This document shows positions 47,108 through 56,496 of a stretch of 64,000 bases of DNA, in pieces. The DNA comes from Candidatus Omnitrophota bacterium (GTDB lineage: Bacteria; Omnitrophota; Omnitrophia; Omnitrophales; Aquincolibacteriaceae). The notes under the pieces are model-generated. The model did no database searches. It saw only the letters and a program-made list of their open reading frames with translations, and was not told where the DNA came from. The stretch spans positions 7,079-71,078 of the forward strand of contig DAOSLF010000009.1 in assembly GCA_035368605.1 (NCBI GenBank), read 5' to 3'. The stretch's first letter is position 1; each line of letters begins with the position of its first letter. The position numbers and the translations under genes were made by a program.

Positions 47108-48853
47108 TTAATTCGGATCGGAGATGAGGTGGTTGCTGTAGTCAATGGCCGCACCGGACTGGTCGAATTGGCCGGCCGAAGGAGGCGCGGCACCCCACCA
47201 GTTATGCTGTGCGGTTATGGCGCCTACCGTCTTGTTCTGGAAGTCGCAAATGGTGTTTCCGTATATTGAGTTATTGCCTATGGAGCCGAGTGCCCCGCCT
47301 CCGAAGTCCGCGGCCAAGGCTAACGTATAGCCGGCACTGCCCGCTATAACACCGTAGCCGCCGGAGGCAAATACGTTATTGTAAAAGGATCCGGTAAAGC
47401 TTGAGGCAGTCTGGGACCAGATCCCAAGATTTTCCACTGTGCTGCCGGTTACATTGTTGTTATAAACGGTGGCTGTGATGGACGATGAATTTTTTAAGTA
47501 AAAGTTAATGCCATACTTATTCCCTGTTACCGTATTATTCGCAATTGTTGTCGTTACAAGGTTGGCGCTGTCCGAACGCATCCAGATGGCTTCTCCACCA
47601 TTGTTTGTAACAGTGTTATTAGATATGACAAGATCGCTTACAACAGCGGAGGTTCCGGGAATATAGACCTGGATCCCTTTTGTTTTATTACCGGTAGTCG
47701 TATTGTAAGAGATATCGGCAAAGTCGACGGAAGTATTGCCGGCTAGATAAAGATAAACTCCGGAACCGTTGACGCTATTATTATAAATATTATTTCTTAC
47801 GCGCAAATCCTTTATGGATGAATTATCACTTAAAGCAACAACCGCACCATGGCTCTTGTTATTCGATGACACATTATCCGTTATGTAGACGCTCTCTATC
47901 ACAGAATTGTTGTATGGATAAACGCTTATGCCGGCAAAACCCGTATTATTTGACATGTCATTACCGGAGATCCGAATAGATCCGGTGGCGTTGGTCTTAA
48001 AATCAGCCACTATGCCGCGCGCATTGCCCGTAGAGGTGTTACCATCTACGTGAAAAACGGCATTGGCGTTGTCATCGGCCAGCAGATATATGCCATGACT
48101 GGTATTGCCGGTCATGGAATTACCGGATATCGCGTAAGTCCCTGCGATCGTCCCGCCTATGTCCAGATGAACACCTTCGCCGGTGTTCCCGGTTATGGTG
48201 TTATGCCGGATAGTTGTGTTTTGGATGTCGATGCCGTATATACCCCTGGATCCGTTCTGTATCGTAAATCCCATCACGGTGTTGTTATTGGCAAGGGTCA
48301 TCACGTCGGCGCCGGAACCGTCCACAACCGGAGCGCCGGTCGTGGGTATCCCCGCAAACCCTCCGCTATGACCGGCTCCCCACAAAGTAACGTTATTTGC
48401 GAGAGTGACAGTCTCCGCGTAAATTGCATTGCCCTCTTTTACATATACCCACTTGTCTCCCACAGCGTTATTGACGCCGGCCTGGATGGTGGTGTAGGGC
48501 CTCTCCAGGGAACCGTCGGAGACGCCCGTATAGGAGTTATCGACATACGTCAGATCATGCACTTTTGTCTCTTCGATCGGTGCGACGGACTTCCCGGTCG
48601 TGACATCAATATCCCTCACCACGCGGTCAACCATACGCTCCCTCAACGGACGGACGCCTTTCTGGTATTTGAAGTATTTGCCGAATCCGTCAAACAAAGC
48701 GTTCACCTTGAACACATTGATCGTCTCAAGAGGTATCGTGATAAAACCGCCCACGAAACAGTCCGTGCCATTGTGGTTATCCCTCTTGAGCTCGACCTCG
48801 AAGGTCAGCGCACGAATGGGACGGAGCTCGACGCGGCCCTTGATGCCGGACAT
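47108..48853 (-). CDS. parallel beta-helix repeat passenger domain (C-terminal part of a frameshifted surface protein)
   Basis: Long array of N-x-T/S-rich right-handed beta-helix repeats (NNTVTGN, GNTSTGN ...). The reading frame stays open upstream to a TAG at about 48917 and joins ORF 48777..49532 if one C of the C6 run at 48886-48891 is removed. Confidence 0.6.
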   Translation of the reverse strand: MSGIKGRVELRPIRALTFEVELKRDNHNGTDCFVGGFITIPLETINVFKVNALFDGFGKYFKYQKGVRPLRERMVDRVVRDIDVTTGKSVAPIEETKVHDLTYVDNSYTGVSDGSLERPYTTIQAGVNNAVGDKWVYVKEGNAIYAETVTLANNVTLWGAGHSGGFAGIPTTGAPVVDGSGADVMTLANNNTVMGFTIQNGSRGIYGIDIQNTTIRHNTITGNTGEGVHLDIGGTIAGTYAISGNSMTGNTSHGIYLLADDNANAVFHVDGNTSTGNARGIVADFKTNATGSIRISGNDMSNNTGFAGISVYPYNNSVIESVYITDNVSSNNKSHGAVVALSDNSSIKDLRVRNNIYNNSVNGSGVYLYLAGNTSVDFADISYNTTTGNKTKGIQVYIPGTSAVVSDLVISNNTVTNNGGEAIWMRSDSANLVTTTIANNTVTGNKYGINFYLKNSSSITATVYNNNVTGSTVENLGIWSQTASSFTGSFYNNVFASGGYGVIAGSAGYTLALAADFGGGALGSIGNNSIYGNTICDFQNKTVGAITAQHNWWGAAPPSAGQFDQSGAAIDYSNHLISDPN

Positions 48854-49532
48854 GTTCTTGCTGAGTTCCGGAAAATAATGGGTAGCCCCCCAAAAATGCT
48901 CGGGTCTCTACAAACTCAGAAACCACGGGAAGAAGCATGCCCGCCTCATAATCCAGGCCCCGCAGCGCTTCTTCATAAGTTGGCGTCGTCATTTTGACCA
49001 GACTGCGGGACCGGAATCCATAGCTCGTGTCTTCCGAAACAAGCTTTTTGTCGGAAATGGGAAAATAAAAATTGGCCCTCGCATCCACCCACTTCGTGAG
49101 ACCCTCCAGACCGAATCCCAGCTGGTGATGCCGGACCTTGTTCCCGGTATACCGGGTATCATAGAAAAAATTGCCCCCGGCAATAAACTCCTCATCGAAT
49201 AAAAGTCCTCTCGCGCCTATCCCGATGTTCTGCTCATTGGAGCCGTGAGGGCCTATCACGGTCTTTGAATCCGCAAAAAACAAACTGTCGGTGGTACCCG
49301 CCACGGGTATCAGGTTATCGATATACGTCAAAAAACGGCCGTCACCGCCTCTTACCCCGGGCATCACCTGGGCGGGCCACTCTTGGGGGGCTTCCAGAAA
49401 CCAGAACTCCCCGGACCCTTCAACGCCTCCGGCGGCAGGACTATGTGATGAGGCGTTGGCAAACAGCACTCCGGAAGAAAAACGGGAAAAAACAAAAACC
49501 AGAAATACACAACAAAAAAAGAACTTTTTCAT
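48777..49532 (-). CDS. N-terminal signal peptide plus outer-membrane beta-barrel domain of the same surface protein (inverse-autotransporter-like)
   Basis: Signal peptide MKKFFFCCVFLVFVFS, then amphipathic beta-strand pattern. Its 3' end overlaps the beta-helix ORF in the +1 frame. Confidence 0.5.
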   Translation of the reverse strand: MKKFFFCCVFLVFVFSRFSSGVLFANASSHSPAAGGVEGSGEFWFLEAPQEWPAQVMPGVRGGDGRFLTYIDNLIPVAGTTDSLFFADSKTVIGPHGSNEQNIGIGARGLLFDEEFIAGGNFFYDTRYTGNKVRHHQLGFGLEGLTKWVDARANFYFPISDKKLVSEDTSYGFRSRSLVKMTTPTYEEALRGLDYEAGMLLPVVSEFVETRAFLGGYPLFSGTQQEHVRHQGPRRAPSHSCADLRGRAQEG

Positions 49533-49646
49533 GTCACCTCACAGAACCGCCGGACGCCGCTATGGCTCCCGGAACAAAGTATCGGGAAATCTCAATTTCT
49601 ATCGTCGCTTTCCGGTTTTCCTTGACCGACATCCCAGGACGCGGTT

Positions 49647-50618
49647 CTAACCTCGCGGGAGATTGATTTTTTGGAGAATGCGGTCCAGGTCATCAAGGGA
49701 CGCGTAATGTATTTCAATGCGCCCTTCCCTCTGATTTTTTTTGGGATATATTTTTGTTTGAGCGCCGAGATGGTGGACAAGACGATTCTCAAGATCGACG
49801 ATTTCGGGACTCAAATGACGGGCTGTTTTTGCTTTTCTCTTGTGAGCATTGCTTCGGTTCACAATTAGCTCAACCTGGCGGACCGAAAGGTTTTCCTCCA
49901 CAATACGTTTTGCCATCTGGCGTTGATGCTCCGGCGTCAGTAAACCCAGAAGCGCCCGCGCGTGACCAGCTGTGATCTGTCCGGCCGCAAGAAAGGTTTT
50001 GACTTCCTCGGGCAGACGGAGAAGGCGGATCGTGTTTGTGACGGTGGTCCTGTTTTTGCCGACGCGTTTCGCGACTTCGTCCTGCGAAATAGCTCTCTGC
50101 TCCATAATCCGCTGATAAGCCTCGGCTTCCTCCAGCGGGTTCAGATCCTGCCGCTGAATGTTTTCGATCAGCGCCCATTCGAGAAAATCCTCCGAAGCCA
50201 CATCTTTAACAACGGCGGGCACTTCCGTCAACGCGCAGGCTTTGGCGGCGCGAAGGCGGCGCTCACCGCATATAAGCCGGTATTGATCCGGTCCGACCAT
50301 TTTTACGATCACCGGCTGCAGTATCCCTTTCTCACGAATGGAGCTTGCCAGTTCATCAATGGCAACGGGATCGAAATGTTGACGCGGCTGATTTTCGTTC
50401 GGCACGATGTGGTCGATGGGGATCAGCCTGAATGCGCCCTGCGGCTTTGCGGGCGCGGACACCGCAGCCTGACCAGACTGTGTTGCTGCAGGCGCCGAGG
50501 ACACGCTCATGGCCGGTATCGCTGCAACCGAAGATGTTTTTTTTGTTTCCGCCTGCTCCCTGAGAAAACCATCCGGGATCAGTGCGCTTAATCCTTTGCC
50601 GAGGGCTTTTTTCGTCAT
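49647..50618 (-). CDS. parB: chromosome partitioning protein ParB (Spo0J)
   Basis: ParB N-terminal box (GERRLRAAK, QPVIVK) and HTH. Confidence 0.9.
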   Translation of the reverse strand: MTKKALGKGLSALIPDGFLREQAETKKTSSVAAIPAMSVSSAPAATQSGQAAVSAPAKPQGAFRLIPIDHIVPNENQPRQHFDPVAIDELASSIREKGILQPVIVKMVGPDQYRLICGERRLRAAKACALTEVPAVVKDVASEDFLEWALIENIQRQDLNPLEEAEAYQRIMEQRAISQDEVAKRVGKNRTTVTNTIRLLRLPEEVKTFLAAGQITAGHARALLGLLTPEHQRQMAKRIVEENLSVRQVELIVNRSNAHKRKAKTARHLSPEIVDLENRLVHHLGAQTKIYPKKNQREGRIEIHYASLDDLDRILQKINLPRG

Positions 50619-50650
50619 AGAAGAGCTCCTTTCGCGATCCTTCCGAGGAT

Positions 50651-51517
50651 TTATTGAGCAACTTGTGTCTGTTCGTCCGCCGGTCCGGCGTCTCCAGGTT
50701 CTTGCTGGATTGCTGCGGGCGGCTCGCTTGCGATTTGTGCACGATCCGCCTCCGTTCCAAATCGTCTCAAAAATTCATTACCAAGCTCCACATAGGCTTG
50801 CGATCCGCGGTTCTGTGGGTCGTAAATGACCGCGGGCTTGCCAAAGCTTGGAGCCTCCGAAAGTTTTACGGATCGGGGAATCACGGTGTCGAACACCTTA
50901 TCGCTGAAATAGCTCCGAACCTCATCGATCACTTGTTTGGTGAGGTTTGTCTGGAAGCTGGCCATGGTCAAAATAACGCCGCCGAGTTCCAGAGAATCGT
51001 TGAGGCTCTTCTTTACCAGCTGGTACGTATTTAACAGAGAGCTCAATCCTTCGAGCGCATAGTACTCACACTGCAGAGGTATAATTATGTAACTACTTGC
51101 AGATAAAGCATTTATGCTAATAAGCCCAAGCGATGGGGGGCAGTCCAGTAAAATAAAATCAAAAGCATCGGCTATTTTTTCAAGCTGTCTCTTAAGGACA
51201 AATTCCCGGTTTTCCTGATTGATAAGCTCTATCTCAGCCCCAGCCAGATGAGCGTTAGACGGTATAACAGACAAATTTTCAATAACTGTCGGTTTTATAA
51301 CATCAGATGGCTTTGCGTTTTCCACAAGAAGTTGATATGCTGTGGATTCATTTTCATTTTTCTCTAAACCAACGCCGCTCGTTGAGTTACCTTGAGAATC
51401 AAGATCTATCAGAAGTATCTTTTTCCCTTTTTGAGCCAATACTGTGGCTATGTTTATAACCGATGTTGTTTTTCCAACACCACCTTTTTGATTAAAAAAA
51501 CAGAACACCTTTCCCAT
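50651..51517 (-). CDS. parA: chromosome partitioning ATPase ParA (Soj) with acidic C-terminal tail
   Basis: MGKVFCFFNQKGGVGKTT deviant Walker A. ATG at 51517 preferred over the upstream GTG at 51532. Confidence 0.9.
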   Translation of the reverse strand: MGKVFCFFNQKGGVGKTTSVINIATVLAQKGKKILLIDLDSQGNSTSGVGLEKNENESTAYQLLVENAKPSDVIKPTVIENLSVIPSNAHLAGAEIELINQENREFVLKRQLEKIADAFDFILLDCPPSLGLISINALSASSYIIIPLQCEYYALEGLSSLLNTYQLVKKSLNDSLELGGVILTMASFQTNLTKQVIDEVRSYFSDKVFDTVIPRSVKLSEAPSFGKPAVIYDPQNRGSQAYVELGNEFLRRFGTEADRAQIASEPPAAIQQEPGDAGPADEQTQVAQ

Positions 51518-51531
51518 GAGAACCCTCCGCA

Positions 51532-51547
51532 CGTTTCACGTGAAACA
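51532..51547. promoter_or_regulatory. parS site (cGTTTCACGTGAAACa)
   Basis: Matches the 16-bp parS consensus TGTTNCACGTGAAACA (15/16). Sits 15 bp upstream of the parA start. Confidence 0.7.
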
Positions 51548-51783
51548 TAAACAACTGACGAGCTGGCGAAACCGTCTTCAGTCTACTCTTCACGCACGCT
51601 TTGTTCAATTTCTTTTTTCATTTATAATATGATCGCCTGTCGAACACATAAACCTCTTAAATAAAATCAGCTCCTGGTTCTATGGGTTATTTTTCGAAAG
51701 AAATATCTCTACGACATACAAAATCATGCCACGGATAACTGTATGTTATTTTATTATAATATGATAGCGTTTTATGTGCTTTG

Positions 51784-51799
51784 TGTTTCACGTGAAACA
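51784..51799. promoter_or_regulatory. parS site (TGTTTCACGTGAAACA, perfect consensus)
   Basis: Exact 16-bp palindrome matching the canonical parS. Confidence 0.75.
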
Positions 51800-51918
51800 A
51801 CCATGATTTGCTCTGATGATTAGACCGATCGAGTCATTGCCAATGGATATCATAAGGAATCGGTGGAATACTGACAGTACGCTTGTCTCAGAAAAACGCG
51901 AGCGATTTTTGCGGAGGA

Positions 51919-53736
51919 TTATTTTTTGCTGGCGAGTCTTGCAATGTGGACTGCGAGCAGGGAAAGGTCGCACGATGAAATTCCTGGAATGCGAGACGCT
52001 TGACCTATGGAGTCTGGCTTTATCTGTTTTAGTTTTTCTTTCGCTTCCCGGCCAATCCCGTTCACGGTGTCGTAATCGACTTCGTCTGGAATTTTTCTCT
52101 TTTCGACTTTCTTGAAATTTTTGACCTCGATCATCTGTCGGGCGATATACCCTTCGTATTTTATCTCTGTTTCAAGATAATGGGCTTCGTTATCATCTAA
52201 CTTTGATGAGTGTATCTTGTTGTCTGTCAATGCTTTATAGCTTGCTTCGGGCCTTTTTAGATAATGATATAGCGTATCGTTTCCTATCCGTGTTTCTCTG
52301 AGCTTTTTCAGATCATATTCAATGGCCCGTTTCCGCTTGGCAAAGGCGTCGCGTTCCGCCTCACTCACAAGGCCCGCCTGGTAGCCATACTCCAGGAGCC
52401 GCATGTCCGCATTGTCCTGTCTCAGCAAAAGCCTGTATTCCGCGCGCGAGGTGAACATACGATACGGTTCCTTCGTTCCGCAGGTCACCAGGTCGTCGAT
52501 CATCACCGCAATATAGGCCTCCGTCCTGTCCAAAATGAACGGCTCTTCTCCGCGAAGTCTTTTGATGACATTGATTCCCGCCATAAGTCCTTGCGCCGCC
52601 GCCTCTTCGTATCCCGAAGTGCAGTTGATCTGGCCCGCAAGGAACAAACTTTTGATCTTCTTGTTCTCCAGCGTGTGCTTTTGCTGTGTCGGCGGAGCCG
52701 CGTCGTATTCGATCGCGTATCCAAACCTCAGGATTTCCGCGTCCTCAAGCCCCTCGATCTTGTGCAACGCCGCATCCTGGACGTCTTTCGGAAGCGATGT
52801 CGAGAAGCCATTCACATAAATCTCGTTTGTGTCCCGTCCCTCGGGCTCGAGATAGATCTGATGCCTTTCCTTTTCCGCAAATTTTACGATCTTGTCCTCG
52901 ACCGACGGACAGTAGCGGGCTCCGATGCCGGCGATCCGTCCGGCGTAAAGAGGGGACCGGTGCAAGTTGTTGCGGATGATGTCATGCGTTTCAGTGTTGG
53001 TATAAGTGAGCCAGCAAGAAAGCTGGTCCACTTTCCGGTTTTTGGTCCGGTGGGAAAAAAACGGGGGAGGCTCGTCTCCTTTTTGTTCCTCGAGTTTGTT
53101 CCAGCGGATACTTTTACGGTGAAGCCGCGGAGGCGTCCCCGTTTTGAATCGCACGAGATCGATTCCGTGCGCGCGCAAAGAGTCCGAGAGGCCCACCGCG
53201 GGCGGTTCGTCGCGCCGGCCGCCGGGACACTTCTCTTCACCGACATGGATCAGCCCCTGCAGGAACGTTCCGGTCGTCAGAATTACGTTCCTCGCGAAAA
53301 AAGTCTCTCCTTCTTTCGTGCGAACTCCTCGACAGGCTCCGTCTCCGACGAGAATCTCCGCGACTTCGCCCTGCTTCAGGGTGATGTTTTTTTCTTCATC
53401 CAACGCGCGCTTCATGTAGCGCTCGTATTCATACTTGTCCACCTGCGCGCGGGGCGCCCAAACGGCGGGTCCCTTGGACCGGTTGAGCATGCGGAACTGG
53501 ATTCCCGTGGCGTCCGTGGCGCGGCCCATTTCTCCGCCAAGCGCATCGATCTCGCGGGCCATGTGCCCCTTGGCAAGGCCTCCGATGGCGGGATTGCATG
53601 ACATGCGCGCGATCGCATTCGTGTCGAGGGTAAGAACAAGGACGGGAAACCCGCCGCGCGCGATCGCAAGGGAGGCTTCTACGCCGGCATGACCGGCGCC
53701 TACTATGATGGCGGCGTATTCCCGGGTGGAATTCAT
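51919..53736 (-). CDS. mnmG: tRNA uridine 5-carboxymethylaminomethyl modification enzyme MnmG (GidA)
   Basis: FAD-binding N-terminus (AIIVGAGHAGVEASLA) and full-length GidA homology. Start set at MNSTREY; the ORF-track 112-aa N-terminal extension is rejected. Confidence 0.9.
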   Translation of the reverse strand: MNSTREYAAIIVGAGHAGVEASLAIARGGFPVLVLTLDTNAIARMSCNPAIGGLAKGHMAREIDALGGEMGRATDATGIQFRMLNRSKGPAVWAPRAQVDKYEYERYMKRALDEEKNITLKQGEVAEILVGDGACRGVRTKEGETFFARNVILTTGTFLQGLIHVGEEKCPGGRRDEPPAVGLSDSLRAHGIDLVRFKTGTPPRLHRKSIRWNKLEEQKGDEPPPFFSHRTKNRKVDQLSCWLTYTNTETHDIIRNNLHRSPLYAGRIAGIGARYCPSVEDKIVKFAEKERHQIYLEPEGRDTNEIYVNGFSTSLPKDVQDAALHKIEGLEDAEILRFGYAIEYDAAPPTQQKHTLENKKIKSLFLAGQINCTSGYEEAAAQGLMAGINVIKRLRGEEPFILDRTEAYIAVMIDDLVTCGTKEPYRMFTSRAEYRLLLRQDNADMRLLEYGYQAGLVSEAERDAFAKRKRAIEYDLKKLRETRIGNDTLYHYLKRPEASYKALTDNKIHSSKLDDNEAHYLETEIKYEGYIARQMIEVKNFKKVEKRKIPDEVDYDTVNGIGREAKEKLKQIKPDSIGQASRIPGISSCDLSLLAVHIARLASKK

Positions 53737-53816
53737 TTTCAGTACGGGGTACGGAGTCCGGGGTGCGGCGAAAAACGAGTGTTCTTCAGCTCCGCACGCC
53801 GTACTCCGTGTTGTTT

Positions 53817-55439
53817 TTACTGGTCTTCGTGATGTAGAACGACGGCGATCCGGTTGATGAAAACCTGCTGGATGATCGAGAACAGGTTCTGGAGCGTCCA
53901 GTAAAGCGTCAATCCGGACGGCATGTTGTAGCAGATGAACCCGAAAAAGATCGGCATCAAATTCATGATTGCGGCCTGTTCGGGCGTCGAACCGGGCTGC
54001 TGCGGTATGGTCTTCTGATACCAGACCTGGGAGGCCGCCATCAGGATCGGAAGAAGGTTGAGCGAGTTCCATCCGAGAAGCGGCAATGACTGTCCGAACG
54101 TGACGAGCCGGTCAGGCGCCGAAAGGTCCGTGATCCAGCCGATGAACGGCGCGCCGTGCAGTTCGATCGCTTCGGGGAGCAGGCGGAACATCGCGATGAA
54201 GATCGGAATCTGGATCAGCATCGGCAGGCATCCCATCACGGGGTTGACCTTGTTCCGGCGGTAGAGCTCCATAAGCTCCCGCTGTTGTTTCTGCGGATCA
54301 TTTTTGTAGTGTTCCTGGAGCGCCTTCATCTTCGGCTGGATGGCCTGCATCTTTTTCATGTTGGCGTAGCTGACATGGGTGAGCGGCGCGAACACAAGTT
54401 TGATCAGGAGCGTGAGCAGGACGATCGCCCATCCGAAGTTATGCGTGAACCCGTAAAAAAACTTCAGAACCGCGAGCAGGATCGTCTTGAATCCTCCGAA
54501 GAATCCCCGGGAGAAAACATTCTCGAAATCAAAACCGAAACTCTTCAGTGTTTCATAGCGCTGCGGCCCCGCATAGACCAGGAAACGCTGAGACCCTTCG
54601 CTCCCCGGGGCAACGGTGAGAGGCTGCGGGTCAAGGGTTCCCGCTATGACCTCCCCGTCGGCCCGCGCGGACCCCGAGGCAATCCTGTTGTCGGGTTTCA
54701 CCAGCAACGCGAAATATTTTTTGATCATGCCACCCCACACCGCCCCCTCGGGGACGGCAAAACCTTTCTTTTTCAGCTTCCCGAGATCGGCTGTATAAAG
54801 TTTTTCCGTGTAGGCCACGGCATCGAAGAACCCGTAGTTCTTTTGATAATCTTTCTCGTGGTTCATCCCGTAGGTCACCGTCGCGGGAAAGACCCTTTCG
54901 CGCGATGACAGGTTCTTGATCCGCACCGTGAGATCGATCACCGGCTTGTCGTCCCGCACCGTGAACGTTTTGGTGAGGATGTATTGCCCGGGAAGCTCAT
55001 AAGCGAACTCGAACGTCTCATTCTTTTCTCCGCGGCGCGTCATTTTGAAGATCGTGTGCGCAAGATCCGCTGTTTCTCCTCTCAGGTTAACGGCGAAAAT
55101 GCCGCCGGTCCGCTCCGGCGCATTAAAGAACTCTGTTTTGGTGAACGCTTCCCGTCCCGGCTCTCCTTTATAGAAAAGCCGCGTAACCGTTCCTCCCAGC
55201 GTGGAAAACTCGATCTGATAAAGCGCGTTTTCAAAGAGCGCCGTGGTGGCTTCCGCCGCTTCCCGGAGATAGGTCGTTTGGCTCGGCGTCAATGGCGCTT
55301 CGGTGGCCGCGGAAGAAGCGCTGGTCGCGACGGGTTTCTGCATCGCATTCGGGTAGAGCCATTTCACAAAAACGGGATAAAGTATGAAAATAAGGGCGGA
55401 AACGACGACAGCCTTCAAAAAGTTTTTTTCCATGCTCAA
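53817..55439 (-). CDS. yidC: membrane protein insertase YidC
   Basis: N-terminal TM, large periplasmic domain, and C-terminal 5-TM 60KD_IMP core (PLTHVSYANMKKMQAIQPKMKALQ). Confidence 0.9.
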   Translation of the reverse strand: MSMEKNFLKAVVVSALIFILYPVFVKWLYPNAMQKPVATSASSAATEAPLTPSQTTYLREAAEATTALFENALYQIEFSTLGGTVTRLFYKGEPGREAFTKTEFFNAPERTGGIFAVNLRGETADLAHTIFKMTRRGEKNETFEFAYELPGQYILTKTFTVRDDKPVIDLTVRIKNLSSRERVFPATVTYGMNHEKDYQKNYGFFDAVAYTEKLYTADLGKLKKKGFAVPEGAVWGGMIKKYFALLVKPDNRIASGSARADGEVIAGTLDPQPLTVAPGSEGSQRFLVYAGPQRYETLKSFGFDFENVFSRGFFGGFKTILLAVLKFFYGFTHNFGWAIVLLTLLIKLVFAPLTHVSYANMKKMQAIQPKMKALQEHYKNDPQKQQRELMELYRRNKVNPVMGCLPMLIQIPIFIAMFRLLPEAIELHGAPFIGWITDLSAPDRLVTFGQSLPLLGWNSLNLLPILMAASQVWYQKTIPQQPGSTPEQAAIMNLMPIFFGFICYNMPSGLTLYWTLQNLFSIIQQVFINRIAVVLHHEDQ

Positions 55440-55648
55440 TCCTCGACAGGGTCATAGCCGCCCGGATGGAACGGGTGGCATTTGCAAACACGTTTTGCCG
55501 AAAGCCATAAGCCTTTCCAGAAACCTTTTTTGGCAATGGCTTCTTCGGCGTAATGGGAACAGGTGGGTTCAAACCGACAGGCCGGTCCGATCAACGGGGT
55601 CATAACGGCCCGGTATGCTTGGAACAACCAGGAAAAAAATCTTTTCAT
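55436..55648 (-). CDS. yidD: membrane protein insertion efficiency factor YidD
   Basis: IGPACRFEPTCSHYAEEAIAKKG...CHPFHPGGYDP is the canonical YidD motif. Confidence 0.85.
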   Translation of the reverse strand: MKRFFSWLFQAYRAVMTPLIGPACRFEPTCSHYAEEAIAKKGFWKGLWLSAKRVCKCHPFHPGGYDPVED

Positions 55649-56019
55649 ACAAGAATGCCCGTTCTCCGGAAAAGTTCGCCGAGATCCCGATTCGTCTGTT
55701 CCTGGTCGGGTATCGCGCGCCCTTCTCTTGCTTTCACGAGGATCGCGATCCCGGGACGAAGCGCCCCCTGCGTCGCGCGGAACGACTCTCTGACCCTTCG
55801 TTTGATCAGGTTGCGTCTTGTGGCCCGAGCCTGGGTTTTTTTACTCACGACCACACCCAGCGCCGGTCTCGCCGACGGCTCGATCCCGACCGCCGACTTC
55901 TCGCCGGCCCAGACATAGAAAAAACGACCTCGTGCGAAAGTGCCCTTTTTGACGAGGTTTTTAAAAGCCGCCTGCCCGCGAAGCCGTTGCTCCGCCGTAA
56001 AGCGCTTTTCGTTTTTCAA
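55645..56019 (-). CDS. rnpA: ribonuclease P protein component
   Basis: RnpA fold motifs (LGVVVSKK...RNLIKRRVRE). TTG start abutting the rpmH stop. Confidence 0.8.
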   Translation of the reverse strand: MKNEKRFTAEQRLRGQAAFKNLVKKGTFARGRFFYVWAGEKSAVGIEPSARPALGVVVSKKTQARATRRNLIKRRVRESFRATQGALRPGIAILVKAREGRAIPDQEQTNRDLGELFRRTGILV

Positions 56020-56157
56020 TCAGACTTGGGTCAGGCGCTTTCTGCCTTTGCGGCGACGGCGCGCGAGGATTTTTCGCCCGCTTTTCGTCCGCTTGCGGGC
56101 CAGAAAGCCGTGTTTGGAACGACGTTTTCTTTTGGAGGGCTGATAGGTCCGTTTCAT
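56020..56157 (-). CDS. rpmH: 50S ribosomal protein L34
   Basis: Translated by hand as [45 protein letters not shown] (45 aa), which is canonical L34. It is not in the ORF track because it is under 60 aa. Confidence 0.85.
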   Translation of the reverse strand: MKRTYQPSKRKRRSKHGFLARKRTKSGRKILARRRRKGRKRLTQV

Positions 56158-56496
56158 GGTAGCGGATTATATCGAAAAAACATTCGATATCCAGCTTTTT
56201 ATTTCTTCTGCCGCGGTTCTCTCTCCCAATATTTATCTGCGATGAAAAAATTTTCTTTGTTATGGACATTTTTACCTATCCGGGTAAAATACTCCCTTTC
56301 TCCCGGAAATGTTTCTCTCTTTTTTCCGGGAGTTTTATTTTTTGTTCTTTTTAGCCTGTGAATATTCTGTTGATATTCTTTGTTTTAAATTTAATATCTT
56401 TTTTAACCAAGCTTGGAATCGTGCGTTTTTACAATCTCTTTTGTTTAATATCTTGTTGATAACTAATTATCCTCCTGGCTTGAAAGGGTTTGCGTA
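56158..56496. other. oriC candidate region 1 (AT-rich rpmH-dnaA intergenic with degenerate DnaA boxes)
   Basis: About 340 bp, strongly AT-rich relative to the window. DnaA-box-like 9-mers with 1-2 mismatches: TGTTGATAA (about 56455), TTATCCTCC (about 56470), TTATGGACA, TGTGAATAT. A tttgttttaaatttaatatctttttt stretch could serve as the DNA-unwinding element. Confidence 0.5.

Noticed and set aside
46773-47269. Two small plus-strand ORFs (60 and 94 aa) in the SBP/beta-helix intergenic region
   Set aside because: No RBS. Composition unlike neighbouring genes. The second overlaps the 3' end of the beta-helix gene on the opposite strand.
52591-53601. 336-aa plus-strand ORF
   Set aside because: Antisense to mnmG.
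53737-54072. 112-aa N-terminal extension of the mnmG ORF
   Set aside because: The extension overlaps the yidC 3' end and lacks homology. GidA homology begins at MNSTREY with the FAD-binding GAGHAG motif.
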